This document shows positions 1 through 12,447 of a stretch of DNA of 64,000 nt, in pieces. Made by a program: the position numbers and the translations under genes. This stretch comes from Octopus vulgaris. Its lineage: Eukaryota. The notes under the pieces are model-generated. The model did not search any database. It saw only the letters and a program-made list of their open reading frames with translations, and had not been told where the DNA came from. The DNA lies in the NCBI GenBank assembly GCA_951406725.2, contig OX597819.1, positions 57,722,001 through 57,786,000 of the forward strand. The letters are read 5' to 3'. Each line of letters begins with the position of its first letter. Position 1 is the first letter of the stretch.

Positions 1-29
1 TATTATTATCATTGTTATTATTTATTGTG

Positions 30-62
<33 letters not shown>

Positions 63-127
63 TATTATTATCATTGTTATTATTTATTGTTGTTATTATT
101 TATTATTATCATTGTTATTATTTATTG

Positions 128-171
<44 letters not shown>
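1..171. repeat. (TTA)n/(TTG)n microsatellite
   Basis: Directly visible trinucleotide run with interruptions. Confidence 0.97.
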
Positions 172-1375
172 GTATCTATTTCAAATCTTCCCATTATTTC
201 TGAAATCATCCAAACATGAATGCATACGAGAACCTAGGATTGTTGTTTCTAAGATTAAAAAAAAAAAAAAATTATGATTCCGAAATACTGAAACGTAGAA
301 AATTTCTGGCTAGAATCGCAACAACAGCGCTCGTATAGTATGACAATCCGTATTATAAGGAGAATATAATAAGTCAAGTGATATGTAAAACGTTTTTATA
401 CAACTGATGTGAAAACCAATCCACAACACATCAATAGCTGGAATTCATGCCCAGACGATCTTTGAGTGAATGGCAAGACAAGCATCAATCATTTTATAAA
501 TTGTCGCAGGTGGATATCTTCCAATAGAATAATGTTTCTTTCGAACAGTCTTACATAGAAACATTCCTGCTTTATTCTAGAATGAAGAATAAAAATATTC
601 AGATTACGTTTAGATAATCGAAGATAAAATTTTTCATAAATAATCCGAGAGAGGTTTATATGTTCAGTAGATACCTGGGATTATGCAAGAATCAAGAAAA
701 TTTTAAATATGATTAAACTACGACGATCATTATCTTAAAAGAATTTTTTTTACTGTCTTCAAGAAAACTTTTTAGTGTGTCCTTTATATGACAGAATATC
801 AAATAAATCCCTTTCATATAATACTGAACCGTTGTAAAAGAGTAAAGCACATTGGATAATGTAGGTCTAATATTCTGCATTTCAGCGGCAAAGAATGAAT
901 GGTCATGGTTGGATTGTCTTTGGCCATAGAGTTATTTGGCCATCCCTTTATTAATCTCTCTATATATAAAACTGAGAATGTGTGTCTGTCTGTATGTGTT
1001 TTCTCCCTAAACTTGAGAACTACACAGCCAATTTCATTCAAATTTTATACATGCCTTACTTAAGGTCCGGGGAGTGTCATCAGCAAAGAAATCTTAACTT
1101 TTTCCCTAGGGCAACCCCACAGCAATATCATATCTTCTCCACTATTTCAGTATTACGTGTTAAAAGTGAAACAAACACATCTCTCTTTTGTAATGCAGAC
1201 ACTTTCACTATTAAAGTGAAAGTATTATATAACAGGGATGAACCATTAACAATAGTCATCCATTTTGTTATAAGAAGATCCGCTATGGTCTTATATGCTA
1301 CACTACTGGTTTTCAATTCATATTAATCAAATTAATATTCAATTTTTTACCCTTATTATGTGTGTATGTGTGTGT

Positions 1376-2173
1376 GTGTATGACATCGTTTTATTGGACT
1401 TTGCCAAAGCTTTTGACTCGGTAAACCACCGCCTATTACTTGTCAAGCTTCAAGCATATAGTTTCCATCCGGATATTGTACGATGGGTTGGTGCCTTCCT
1501 CTCAGATCGCTCCTTCCAAGTCCAAGTTAATGGTTCGCGGTCCGACGTCTCCAGTGCGAGCAGTGGCGTGCCTCAAGCTTCAGTGCTTGGGCATTTATTG
1601 TTCTTAGTCTTCATAAACGACTTGCCCGACGACCTCACGCAACACACCCTTCTATTTGCCGACGATGTCAAAGTGGTCGCTCTTCGCGGTGATATAGAGG
1701 ATCTTCGTCGATGCCTCTAACAAATTTGGAGATGGTCTAACGAATGGGACTTGTGTCTGAACGTGTCAAAGTGCTGTCATCTGCCTGTTGGCTCTCCTCC
1801 TGCAATTCAACTTGATTTCGAGCCGGGTCGTCTTCTGCTGGAGAGGACCGATCAGGTAAAGGACCTGGGTATCTTGGTGGATTCCTCCTTTTCACCTTCG
1901 GCCCAGTGCGTCCATGCTGCCAACAAAGCACGCGGAGTTCTGTTCTTGATTCGACGGTCATTCCGAATGCTCACGGCAGCCATATTCCTACCGCTCTATG
2001 TCACGCTGGTGAGACCCATATTGGAGTACGGGATTCAAGCCTCTTCTCCTATCTCCTCAAAGACATACAGCATCTCGAAAGAGTCCAGAAGCTGGCTACC
2101 CGCATGGTTCTTGGTCTCAAGAATTTGTCTTATGAAGAAAGGCTGAAGACGCTCGACCTTTATTCTCTAGAAT
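1376..2173 (+). pseudogene. Non-LTR (CR1/L2/Jockey group) reverse transcriptase fragment
   Basis: Motifs LDFAKAFDSVNH, SGVPQASVLGHLLF, LFADD, KDLGILVD, LVRPILEYG and LERVQKLATR...YEERLKTLDLYSLE. In-frame stop at 1718-1720 and a frameshift near 2045. Confidence 0.92.
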
Positions 2174-3914
2174 AATGCAACTTTAGGAGAGGCTGCTTTA
2201 TCACAATCACTTAAAAGTCTCAGGGCTAAATTTGCAGTATTACTACAGGCATGCGAACTGTGTGATCCGGCCACTCTCTGGCTCAAATATAGAGACAACC
2301 TGGCTGAAGACTTTCAGCGCCAAGCTCAACTGCTCTAACCTGACATGACGGGTATCAGCAATGAAATCTATAACAAAACACTCATTGACATTGAAGACAG
2401 AATTGCTAAACTGGGTGGAAATGAATTGTCGACGTATGGCCTGCCACAAGCATTCAGGTCAGGGTCAAATAGCCTTCCCACTACTGTCATTCGTGAAACA
2501 ACCTACGACACTCGAGCTCTTTCAAAGTACATTGTTGAAAACGAGCCTAAATTACTTCCGGACCAGCTGCAGGCCTACAGAACTATTCTTAACAGTGTAC
2601 GCCAACGCGAGACACGAATCTTCTTCCTCGATGCTCCTGGAGGGACAGGAAAAACATTTATTACAAAGCTTCTCCTGGCAGAAGTTAGGCAGCATCGGGA
2701 CATTGCAGTAGTTGTAGCCTCCTCTGGCATTGCAGCTACTTTGTTACCCAGTGGCAGGACAACGCACTCAACTTTTAAACTCCCTCTCAATTTAGCAGCA
2801 TCCGAAATGCCTTCATGCAACATCCACAAAAGCTCAGATCAGGAACAAGTACTTAAAATGTGTCATCTAATTGTCTGGGATGAGTGCACTATGGCTCACA
2901 AGGGAACTTTGGAAGCATTAGATAGAGCCCTGAAAGACATCCCAGACTCTCAGGCTCCAATGAGAGGTGTAACACTTCTGTTGTCAGGTGATTTCAGGCA
3001 AGCTCTTCCTGTCATTCCGAAAGGTACTAGAGCAGATGAATTCCAAGCATGCCTAAAGTCCTCTACCCTGTGGCATCATGTTACAATCCTCAGTCTCACC
3101 ACTAACATGAGAGCTCAGCTACACGGCGACAAAATGTCCACAAAGTTTGCACAGGACATTTTGACACTTGGTTAAGGCGATGCCTCTCGATGCTGCAGGA
3201 CAAATGGAAGTGTGGTGATTTTTCTCTGTTGTTAATTCTGTAGATGACCTCAAAAACAAAGTCTTTCCCAACTTCACACAAAACTACCAAAATCACAATT
3301 GGCTGTGTGAAAGAGCAATATTAGCTCCAAAAAACGTCGCTGTTAACAAAATTAATCAACAGCTAATGCATTCTCTTCCCGGCACTATACACACTTAGAA
3401 GTCTGTTGATACATTTCCGGATATAAATGAAGTTGTGGCCTATCCTCCTGAATTTCTCAATTCACTGGAGCCTCCTGGACTATCTCCACACATATTAGCA
3501 CTTAAAGTTGGAACTCCTGTAATGCTACTCCGCAATCTGGAACCACCAAGACTTTGCAATGGAACACGACTGGTGATAAAGAAAGTGATGTCACACGTTA
3601 TCGAGGCGATCATTCATTCTGGATGTGGAAAAGGGGATGACGTCTTTATTCCAAGAATTCCTTTTACTCCATCAGGAGAATAAATTCCATTAACATTCAG
3701 AAGACTGCAATTCCCCCTTCGTGTAAGCTCTGCCATGTCCATTAACAAATCTCAGGGTCAAACCCTCTCTGTAGCTGGTCTTCTCATAGAAGAGCACTGC
3801 TTCTCGCATGGGCAACTGTATGTTGGCTGCTCAAGAGTAGGGACCAAAAGAAACCTTTTTGTATATGTTCCACAAGGAAAAACAAGGAACATTGTTTACA
3901 ACGAGGTGTTATAA
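2174..3914 (+). pseudogene. Helitron RepHel C-terminal half: Pif1-family (SF1B) DNA helicase, disrupted
   Basis: Linker TLGEAA..LRAKFAVLL.ACE..DPATLW..Y..NLAEDF; Walker A DAPGGTGKT; Walker B IVWDE; GDFRQ; MLLRNL..PRLCNGTR; INKSQGQTL; FSHGQLYVGCSRV; ends KTRNIVYNEVL* at 3914. Several stops and frameshifts. Confidence 0.93.
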
Positions 3915-3996
3915 TCTCAACAGCCAGGAGGTATATACATGATCCCCCTTTTTTTTAACAAACTTCATGTACTTTCATGCATTTATATTAATATAC

Positions 3997-4042
<46 letters not shown>

Positions 4043-4117
4043 CCATATATATATATATAACAGAAAAGTCTAATTCTTCAATTGAATGTAACCGGGTATT
4101 GCCGGGTATCTCTGCTC

Positions 4118-4159
<42 letters not shown>

Positions 4160-5640
4160 GGAAAAATGCAAGCATGAAAAGTAATACTCTTAAGATTATA
4201 AACCTGGAAAAGTACGGGACAAGTTATTACACTTGTAAACGTATAGGACAAACTTGTAAACGTATAGACAAACTACTACTTCAAGTAAAATAAAGAATAA
4301 GAAACTTTTTACTTTTTCCCCAAAATGTTTTTGGAAAAATTTTTGGAAAATTTTCCCCAAAAGTTTTTCAAAAGAATGCCGCTTCTAATTTATCACTCTT
4401 TAGAGTTCTCATCTTTTATTGCGCAAAACTGTTCAGCTAATTTGCAAATTTTTCTAATTAGTCACTATTTTATGTATTTAAAGTAATAAAGTAGCCAAAT
4501 TGTACTTAAATATGTATAGTGTTATTTGAAAACTATAATAAAATAATTTTTAATATTCAAATTTTAATTTTAGCTGCAATATTACAGGTGTAATAACTTT
4601 TCTAGGTTGATTATCTTAAGAATCTTATTTTTCATGCAATCCATGATTTTTCCAGACATTGCTGTTATAAGATAAGTAATAATGTGTCAATAATTTAAGA
4701 ACTTACCTTATAAAATACTGAAAAATAATATTTCAATTTATCCATGTTTAATTTAAATATATGTTGTGATTGATTTATTTGATATTACCCATCTACACCA
4801 AATTTATGGCAGGGATTTTTACCATCTTGTTCGTTGCACCAACAATTACAAACAACAAGATCCCAAAACATTAAGTAGCCTAATTTTGCAATATTAGGAG
4901 GTCACAGGAATTCATTCAACGAAAAAACATTTCCATCGATTCCGGGAATGGGGAGGTGAACCCCACCTAATTTTTTCCGAACCAAAATAAGGGATTTGCA
5001 GCACATTAGGAGGTCAAGGTCTTGATTCCACGCAAAAAAAAATTATTTTCTTAATGAAAATCGTGAGGGTGTTAACATAGAAATTGACTATAACGTTGTT
5101 ATTTAGCCTCAAATCAACCCTGATACTGAAAACGTATAATCAAAGACATTTCAGCCTTCAGCAAACCGTCTTTTTAGGGATAATCTAGGACATTACATAC
5201 AATGGGCGTATGATTTAGGTAGGAGGCTACTTTGGCTGCTATTTTTAACGTGTGGAGCGACCAGGTAGAGGCTCTTTCATTGGTTCGATTGCGTGATAAG
5301 ATTTTTTTCACACATATATGTAATATGTACATATATCATCGGCAGAAGTTAGAGAGTAAGTCGAAAACTGAGAGTTTCGTGTATTGGCACTTATCAAACA
5401 TAAATTTGTCTATTGTCGCTCTGTAACTTCAGACGAAATAACTTCTAAAATACCAAATTGTATTCAAAACGTTAAGAGTAAACCCTGTTCTATGTGACAC
5501 ATTCTACCACTAACGGAAGTTTGAAAGTGTTTAGTTAAGAAAAAAATAATTAAAAGGACACACACAATATGGTGAAAACATCACATTGTGTCAGAGATCG
5601 CTTACATCATTGGATTGTGTCAAAAGGGTTGGGGTATTGT

Positions 5641-6400
5641 CTAATTATGGAAAACAACAGCGATTCAAAAATCTTCGAAAATTTTCTGAAAATTTTCCTC
5701 AAACGTTCTTGAAAATTTTCCTCAAAAATTTTTGAAAATTTTCCCCAAAATTTTTGAGAAACTTTTCGAAAATTTTCCGCAAAAATTTTTGAAAAATTTT
5801 TTTAAAAATTTTTACCCCAAAATTTTTTTAAACTTTTTCGAAAGTTTTCCTCTAAATTCTAATTATGGAAAACAAGAGCGATTCAAAAATTTTCCTCAAA
5901 AATTCTTGAAAATTTTCCCCAAAATTTTTGACAAATTTTTTGAAAATTTTCCCCATAAATAAATGAAAAATTTTTTGAAAATTTTCCCCAAAAACTTTTG
6001 AAAACTTTTTCGAAAATTTTCCTCAAAATTCTAATTTTTTGAAAATTTTCCTTGGAAATTTTCCTCAAAAATTTTTGAAAATTTTCCCTAACATTTTTGA
6101 CAAATTTTTGGAAAATTTTCACCATAAATAACTGAAAAATTTTTTGAAAATTTTCCCCAAAAACTTTTGAAAAATTTTTCGAAAATTTTCCCCAAAAATT
6201 TTTCAAAATTTATTTGAAAATTTTCCGCAAAAATTTTTAAAAAATTTTTTAAATTTTTACCCAAAAACTTTTGAAAACTTTTTCGAAAATTTACCTCAAA
6301 ATTCTAATTATGGAAAACAACAGCGAATCAAAAATTTTTGAAAATTTTATGAAAATTTCCCACAAGAGTTCTTGAAAGTTTTCCTCAAAAATTTTCCCCA
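5641..6400. repeat. Diverged A/T-tract minisatellite (GAAAATTTTCC/CAAAAATTTTT units) with a recurring CTAATTATGGAAAACAA block
   Basis: Visible tandem ~10-22 bp units. The block recurs at ~5641, ~5859 and ~6304. A related short patch lies at ~4310-4373. Confidence 0.9.
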
Positions 6401-6839
6401 CAATATATTTTACAAAATATATTTTACAAAAAATTTTCTCACACAACAATTACAATATATTTATTTTAAATCATTTATTTATTTTAAATCGTTCATCTTT
6501 CTCCCCCCCTCTCTCTCACACACATTATTTTGGGTGCGAAAGAGTTTTGTTTTTATTTTACGCCGAGTAAAAACGTGTTTTGTTGATAATTCATTTATTT
6601 AACAACAAAGAAACAAAGAGGTGAGTAGCAATTTGTCAGTGCTTCCACCACACCCACTCCGTTTCACGGACCACAAAAAGGGTTTTGTTGCATATTATTT
6701 TTCTTAGTGAAAATCGTGCGAGTGTTAATCTACAAATTTAACAACATTTTTCCATTCCTTTCTGTCTATGAACATATATGCATGCACAAAACATGCAATA
6801 GGTGAACGAACTTGATTAGCTTAATAAACGTTACTTTAT

Positions 6840-6867
6840 CCCGGGCAAGGCCGGGTTATACTGCTAG
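6840..6867 (+). mobile_element. Helitron 3' terminus (hairpin + CTAG) of a second or extended element probably including the 5.6-6.4 kb minisatellite
   Basis: CCCGGGCAAGGCCGGG-TTATACTG-CTAG|T, near-identical to the end of the element at 35355-35382. Its own 5' end was not identified. Confidence 0.85.
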
Positions 6868-8353
6868 TTTATGATATTTTCATATTAGTTCAACTTGTAT
6901 CTCATTTCTTCCGTGATAATTTATTGAAAATTCTCTCGCTTCAATTACAATATTTTGCCAGTGTCCTTGCACACACTAATCCTCCCTGCTCACTCACACA
7001 CACACACACACACTCCTTCTCTCTCTCTCAATCTTTCTATCTGTCTCTCTCTCTTTCTCGCATGTTCTTCCTCTCTCTCTCGTGTTCTCTCTCTATTTCT
7101 CTCTCTCTCCCTAAGGTACAAACTTGAATTTACATTAATGGTTGGTTCCAATCACTTCTGTTACACAAGATCCTCGTGATATTAGTAATGCATGTTGTTC
7201 ATCAGCATTACTTGAATTAGAAATTTGAACTTGACAGCAATTTTTTTTTATTAATACTATTTGCTTGTTTCCCGCAATGTTATCAACAGCTTAAATGTGA
7301 AATCAGCCTGTTAATAATTTGAAACAAAAATTGTGCGTTCATTTGCAGCTACGAGGTTTTTACAATTAAAATATAATGATTTCTAATACAGACAAAGCCA
7401 CCAGTGTTCAGGAAATACTACCGTGGAAGAGATGAAAGGAAATGGCCACCACATGGGAACTGGAATTCACAGATTCAAATCAGCAACCAATTATATCGAA
7501 ATAATCTTTTATCGGCGCTCTATTGATCTCACCATTCCGAGCGCTTATTTCAATTGAAATTGGGGATTAAATTTGATTTAATATGTTTTAGAATTAACTG
7601 GACGTAATGGGCACTTTGGGATGCTCATATAAAGAAATTACAAACTCTATTAAAATGACTTTAAGCTAACTTACAAAACCACATACGGAATCCAAAGTTC
7701 CAGTTCAACTACGAATCTCTACTGCAAACTGCTGCGGTTGTTGTAGTTTATCATCATGGTTGTAGCTCAACCATGATGGAAGAGAGCTACTGCTTCATAG
7801 GTATCCACATGGACACTGTTAAAAGAGGCAGCAGCTTATATGCGTACAGTCTTTTCTTTTACCTGTTTAGGTCATTGGGTTGCGTCACTGTTCGAACACA
7901 CACTTGACGTGTTTAGTTATACAAATGGAGCTCAGTACATATTTCAAGTTCGGTATTTATTGCCTCGGTTGGTAGGGAGCTCACCCACACTTTTTAAAGT
8001 ACTTTGACTCGTTCTGAAGATTAATCTCTTGATTTCTGAGCACAAGTGTGTATACATATTTCCATTCATATATATCTTCATGCATTGTATAAATGTTTGA
8101 ATGTTGATGCATACCTATTACAGCGTATTCAAGTTAATTTTGACAATTTGCATAAAAGGAAAATAAAAGACAATATCCATCCCAAAATAAAAGTATTTTT
8201 TAAACATCAAAAGTATCAAATATATTATGAGTGGGAGTTAAGAGTTTACTCGAGGCTCACCAATGCATGAAGTTGTTCCTAAAATAAGAGAACGCAAAAA
8301 GAGATTGTGAAACAGTTCTATATATTCTCTCATCTCACTTCCTTTATATGTTC

Positions 8354-8388
<35 letters not shown>

Positions 8389-8473
8389 CGAGGGGAAAAT
8401 ATATATAGGATATGGTAGGCATATATATATATATAATTCGAGGGGAAATATATATATATAGGATATGGTAGGC

Positions 8474-8529
<56 letters not shown>

Positions 8530-9380
8530 CAAGGGAAAAATTCAATTTAACAATTTTAAATCAAATTTCACTATATATATTATGTGTATATAATTTAGAG
8601 AAAAACCTCTGTTAAACTATTCAAAATGAAAGATGTTATTCACATCATATAGAAAACATATACTAAAAAACCCTTATTCTAAAAATCAATAAAGTACAAT
8701 AAGTAGTAAATAGTAATAAAAGTCTACACGCATATATATATCAAATAAACGAACTTCCAACAGTGTTTCGCAACTAAATATGCTGGCCAGGCATGAATAA
8801 ACCCGAGTCGATGGTAGGAGACACACACTCTCGGTGCCGTGAATGAAGATTGAAGCCGAAATAACGTGGTTACAAAATGAGCATGTTAACCACAGATATA
8901 TTTCAAAGAAATAATACGGTGATTAAATGTATATTGATTAGTTATGTTATTTTGTCTCTAAGTATATATTATTGAAGTTGCTATAAGTCAACTTCTATAT
9001 GATACACGACCGATGTATCCTAATATATTACGTTCCATAATCGGATTGTTGGCAATTAAACCGGCTCCTTCACTTCGTGTTTTTGGCTAAATGAAGTTTC
9101 TGTTTAATTATCAAAATTAAATATAAAACCTGAATATAACGCAGAACTTTCACAGAAATGAATAGTCATTCATAACTAGAGAGGAGCCATACACCATCAG
9201 GTTATGTCTACTGAAGCAGAAATTGCTGCAGCCTATTAGGATATCAAATTCGCATGGGTTATTGTACCGAACTTGATATAGTGTGATATGTCGTTTCAGA
9301 AGTCAAACGACACTGGTAGAGCAGTTTTAATTTTTGCTATAAGAATTGTGGATAGATATTTATTCCACACTAATGGTCAT

Positions 9381-9570
9381 TTCTAATTTTGGCACAAGAC
9401 CTTCAGTTTTGAGAGGAGTGAGCACGTCGATTTCATCCATCCCAATACATGATTGGTATATATTTTTTCAATCCTGAAATGATGAAAAGCAAAGTCGACC
9501 TCGCCGGAATTTGAACTTGGTAATACTGCAAAGCTTTTTCTTTCCGACTCTCTAACAATTCTCCCAGCTC
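9381..9570 (-). mobile_element. SINE family B, diverged copy
   Basis: Contains AAAGTCGACCTCGCCGGAATTTGAACT and the GGCACAAG tail motif shared with 29278-29490 and 62212-62814. Confidence 0.75.
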
Positions 9571-9929
9571 ACATTCATTTTATTCCGCAATAATGATAAC
9601 CTCTTCTTGCTTCTCGCATGCTGCGGTTTCTGTTACCCCATCCACACTGGGTTTGTGAATCCAAATCAGAGTACATACTAGCCACGATAGTTTTAGTCAT
9701 ACAAAGAAATGTTTTTTAGCTCAAATACATTTCTAACGACATATTAATCAATAATGGTGAACCTCCGTTCTGTATTAATGTCTAAGGCACCTAGATATGC
9801 CCAACTTCTGTTGTTTTAGTTTAGAATGTTGTTGCTCGACATATAATTCATGAATATTTACTTACAATGCTCTAGCTTTTCAAGACCCTAATACGTGAAA
9901 GGGAAGAGGAGACTTCTTGTGAAGCGGCA

Positions 9930-10870
9930 GTGTCGCAAGCACCATAAATAATTACCTCTTTAAACTGCTTTTTCCATTCGATAGTCCTCTTATGTGCTAT
10001 TTTTATTGTAGATTGTTTGCTTAGTTCTACATTTTTATGATTCATTCTAGTACCACACAGATACATAGTGGAGTTTGTACTGATATATTAATGGAACATA
10101 TTGTAATTTTGCAATTCAGATGAGTCTTTTGTAATTATTATATTCTGTCGAAATATTCATTTATAGTTTGTCTGCGCTCAGTTCTCACAAACACATCTGC
10201 AATTCTGTTTCTGCTCAAATATTTAGCATAAACGGAATACAACCACGGAAGCTTTTGCGTTTTCTCAGCGCCATGCATTTTCCAGTTTCCGAAGTCGTTC
10301 AAATCAGATATCTTAATAAGTTGACAAAATATTTTTGTTTTAATTTCTACATGTTTGTGGGTTTGTTTTCTCTCTCGTAACTATCTTCTGCCCAAATATC
10401 ATTTTGCTATGATTTCCTTTTCACAAACTGGTTTCCGAAAGGTTTCTCATTTTAAATTTATTTTAGAATATTGTTTACTTCTGTTTTCACTGAATATTTT
10501 TCAAGACACTTTTTGTAGGTAGTTTTGAAAGCCATAGTTTTAAAAGAATACTTTTTTCGTAAATGATATAGCAGTTAATCAATGATTTAAGCTATTTATT
10601 TATTTTTTGTTTTGTATTGTTTAAAAGATTCGGGTGTTCACAGATTCATTCTATATGTTTTTCATTTATTTCTGAAAGGATTATCTGTTATCCAACTTAC
10701 TTTGCTAAGTAAGATATCAATTGTATACTTATATTTACCCATCCAATCATTTATCCCGTGATGAGGATTCTTATCTCTTGTAGCAATACTTATTTATTTA
10801 ACAACGCATTTTCTATTCCTGCCCATGTACAGCAAATCGTTTAGCTCGCTTATATCAGTGGGTGTTGATA
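9930..10870 (-). mobile_element. Highly decayed Penelope-like RT/GIY-YIG relic (tentative)
   Basis: Minus-strand traces KITICS..ISVQT, GTRMNHK and H..IEW resemble the GIY-YIG region. LLYM and NYGF traces resemble RT/thumb motifs. Very degenerate. Confidence 0.3.
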
Positions 10871-11490
10871 TGTTGTGATTTTTTATTTCCCTATTGTGTA
10901 ATCTTTACAGCGTTTATTTATCTTCGTTGATGTTCAAGAATGGGTTTTCTAAATGATTGTCCATAATTCATAAGAACTATAGCGTTTTCTGTTCCTATGC
11001 AAAGCTATTATTAATGCATCCATCATTGAATTCCCGATTTGTCCTTACAGATTATGCCCGATTTTTTGTTACAGCACAGACCATACCTATTGTCACTGAT
11101 TCACGTACGTGGCCACAAGCTATCAAAGCTATCACATGTCCAGTTCACTATATCTACAGTATTATATTTCGTATCATTATTATTATTATTATTATTATCA
11201 TTAAGGCTGCGGTCTGGCAGCCTTAATATAATTTATCGGGATCGATAAATTAAATACCACTGAAGCACCGGGGTCCATGTAATCGACTAGTCCCCTCCCC
11301 CCAAAATAAGTACCACTTTAGCCCTAGTGTCGAAGCATGTGACGTACCTTCTCAGACCGAAACTGCTGACCTTGTACCAACAAAAGCTTGAAACCATTAT
11401 TATTAATATTCCTCGTCTACGTAATGTTCATATGTTTTGTGTTTGGTCGTTACGGCCAATAAAGAAATTATTATTATTATTATTATTATT

Positions 11491-11900
11491 GAGTGAGAGA
11501 GAAGCACTTGCCATCAAAGTGACACTGGAGTAAAATATACGAAGCTCAATATAACCATCATGAGTACCAGTCTGATAAGGGTACACCTGGCAAATACATC
11601 CCATTTTTATGTGCGCGACATAGGGGTCTCATATCACGATAAACAGTGCATGACTTTGCAGGTCGAGTAGCTCATCCCGATCAAAAGGTCCCTGAATAAG
11701 GGTTGTTTAAGGATGTTAAACAAAACGCAGGTGTGGCTGTGTGGTAAGTAGCTTGCTTACCAACCACATGGTTCCGGGTTCAGTCCCACTGCGTGGCACC
11801 TGGCGCCAATGTCTTCTACTATAGCCTCGGGCAGACCAAAGCCTTGTGAGTGAATATTTTAGACGGAAACTGGAAGAGGTCCGTCGTATATAAATATATG

Positions 11901-11939
<39 letters not shown>

Positions 11940-12447
11940 TTGTGTGTCTGTGTTTGTCCCCCAACATTGCTTGACAACCGATGCTGGTGTGTGTACGCAC
12001 CCGTAACTTAGCGGTTCGGCAAAAGAGACCGATAGAATCAGTATTAGGCTTACAAAGAATAAGTTCTGGGGTCGATTTGCTCGACTAAAGGCGATGCTCC
12101 AGCATGGCCGCAGTCAAAGAACTCAAACAAGTAAAAGAGGAAAAGAGTAAAACACCTACGTTTCTAAAGGTGAATTATCCAAACCTCAAAGAATTCCTCT
12201 CAACACATGGCTATGACGCTCCCCTACTACTTACTAATCCTACTCGAGATCAGAGATGCACATATCACCCGCCACCAAATGACATGTTTACAGTCAAGCA
12301 ACTGACAAGCAATTCTGTGGTATTGAGCAGAATATTTGCTTTAGCCCATCTTTGATACCAAGTCAAAACAATGTACTTAGTAACATTTCCAGTCAGTTAA
12401 GATCAGAAGACATGAGAGCCATTGCCTGCTACTGAATCAGGGCATTT
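11491..12447 (-). mobile_element. Interspersed retroposon-like repeat with (TAA)n tail, interrupted by a family A SINE
   Basis: Non-coding block abutting (TTA)n at 11468-11490. The sequence appears to continue across the SINE (…CAAAAC|SINE|AAAACACC…). Recognised as a common repeat from pattern memory only. Confidence 0.55.
11727..12148 (+). mobile_element. tRNA-derived SINE family A, full length
   Basis: A-box-like TGGCTGTGTGG, B-box GGTTCAGTCCC, central (TA)/(TG) microsatellite and GTAAAAGAG tail. Flanked by AAAAC. Highly similar to 45906-46323. Confidence 0.9.

Larger units (their letters stand above)
955..4118 (+). mobile_element. Composite, defective Helitron
   Basis: 5' a|TCTCTCTATATATAAA followed by GTCTGTCTGT at 955. 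3' hairpin ACCGGGTATTGCCGGG (4091-4106), 8 nt, then CTCG|T (variant of CTAG|T) ending 4118. Internal RepHel helicase remnant. Confidence 0.8.

Noticed and set aside
2345-3175. Host PIF1 gene
   Set aside because: It is intronless with stops and frameshifts, has the Helitron-type linker and C-terminus, and lies between Helitron termini.
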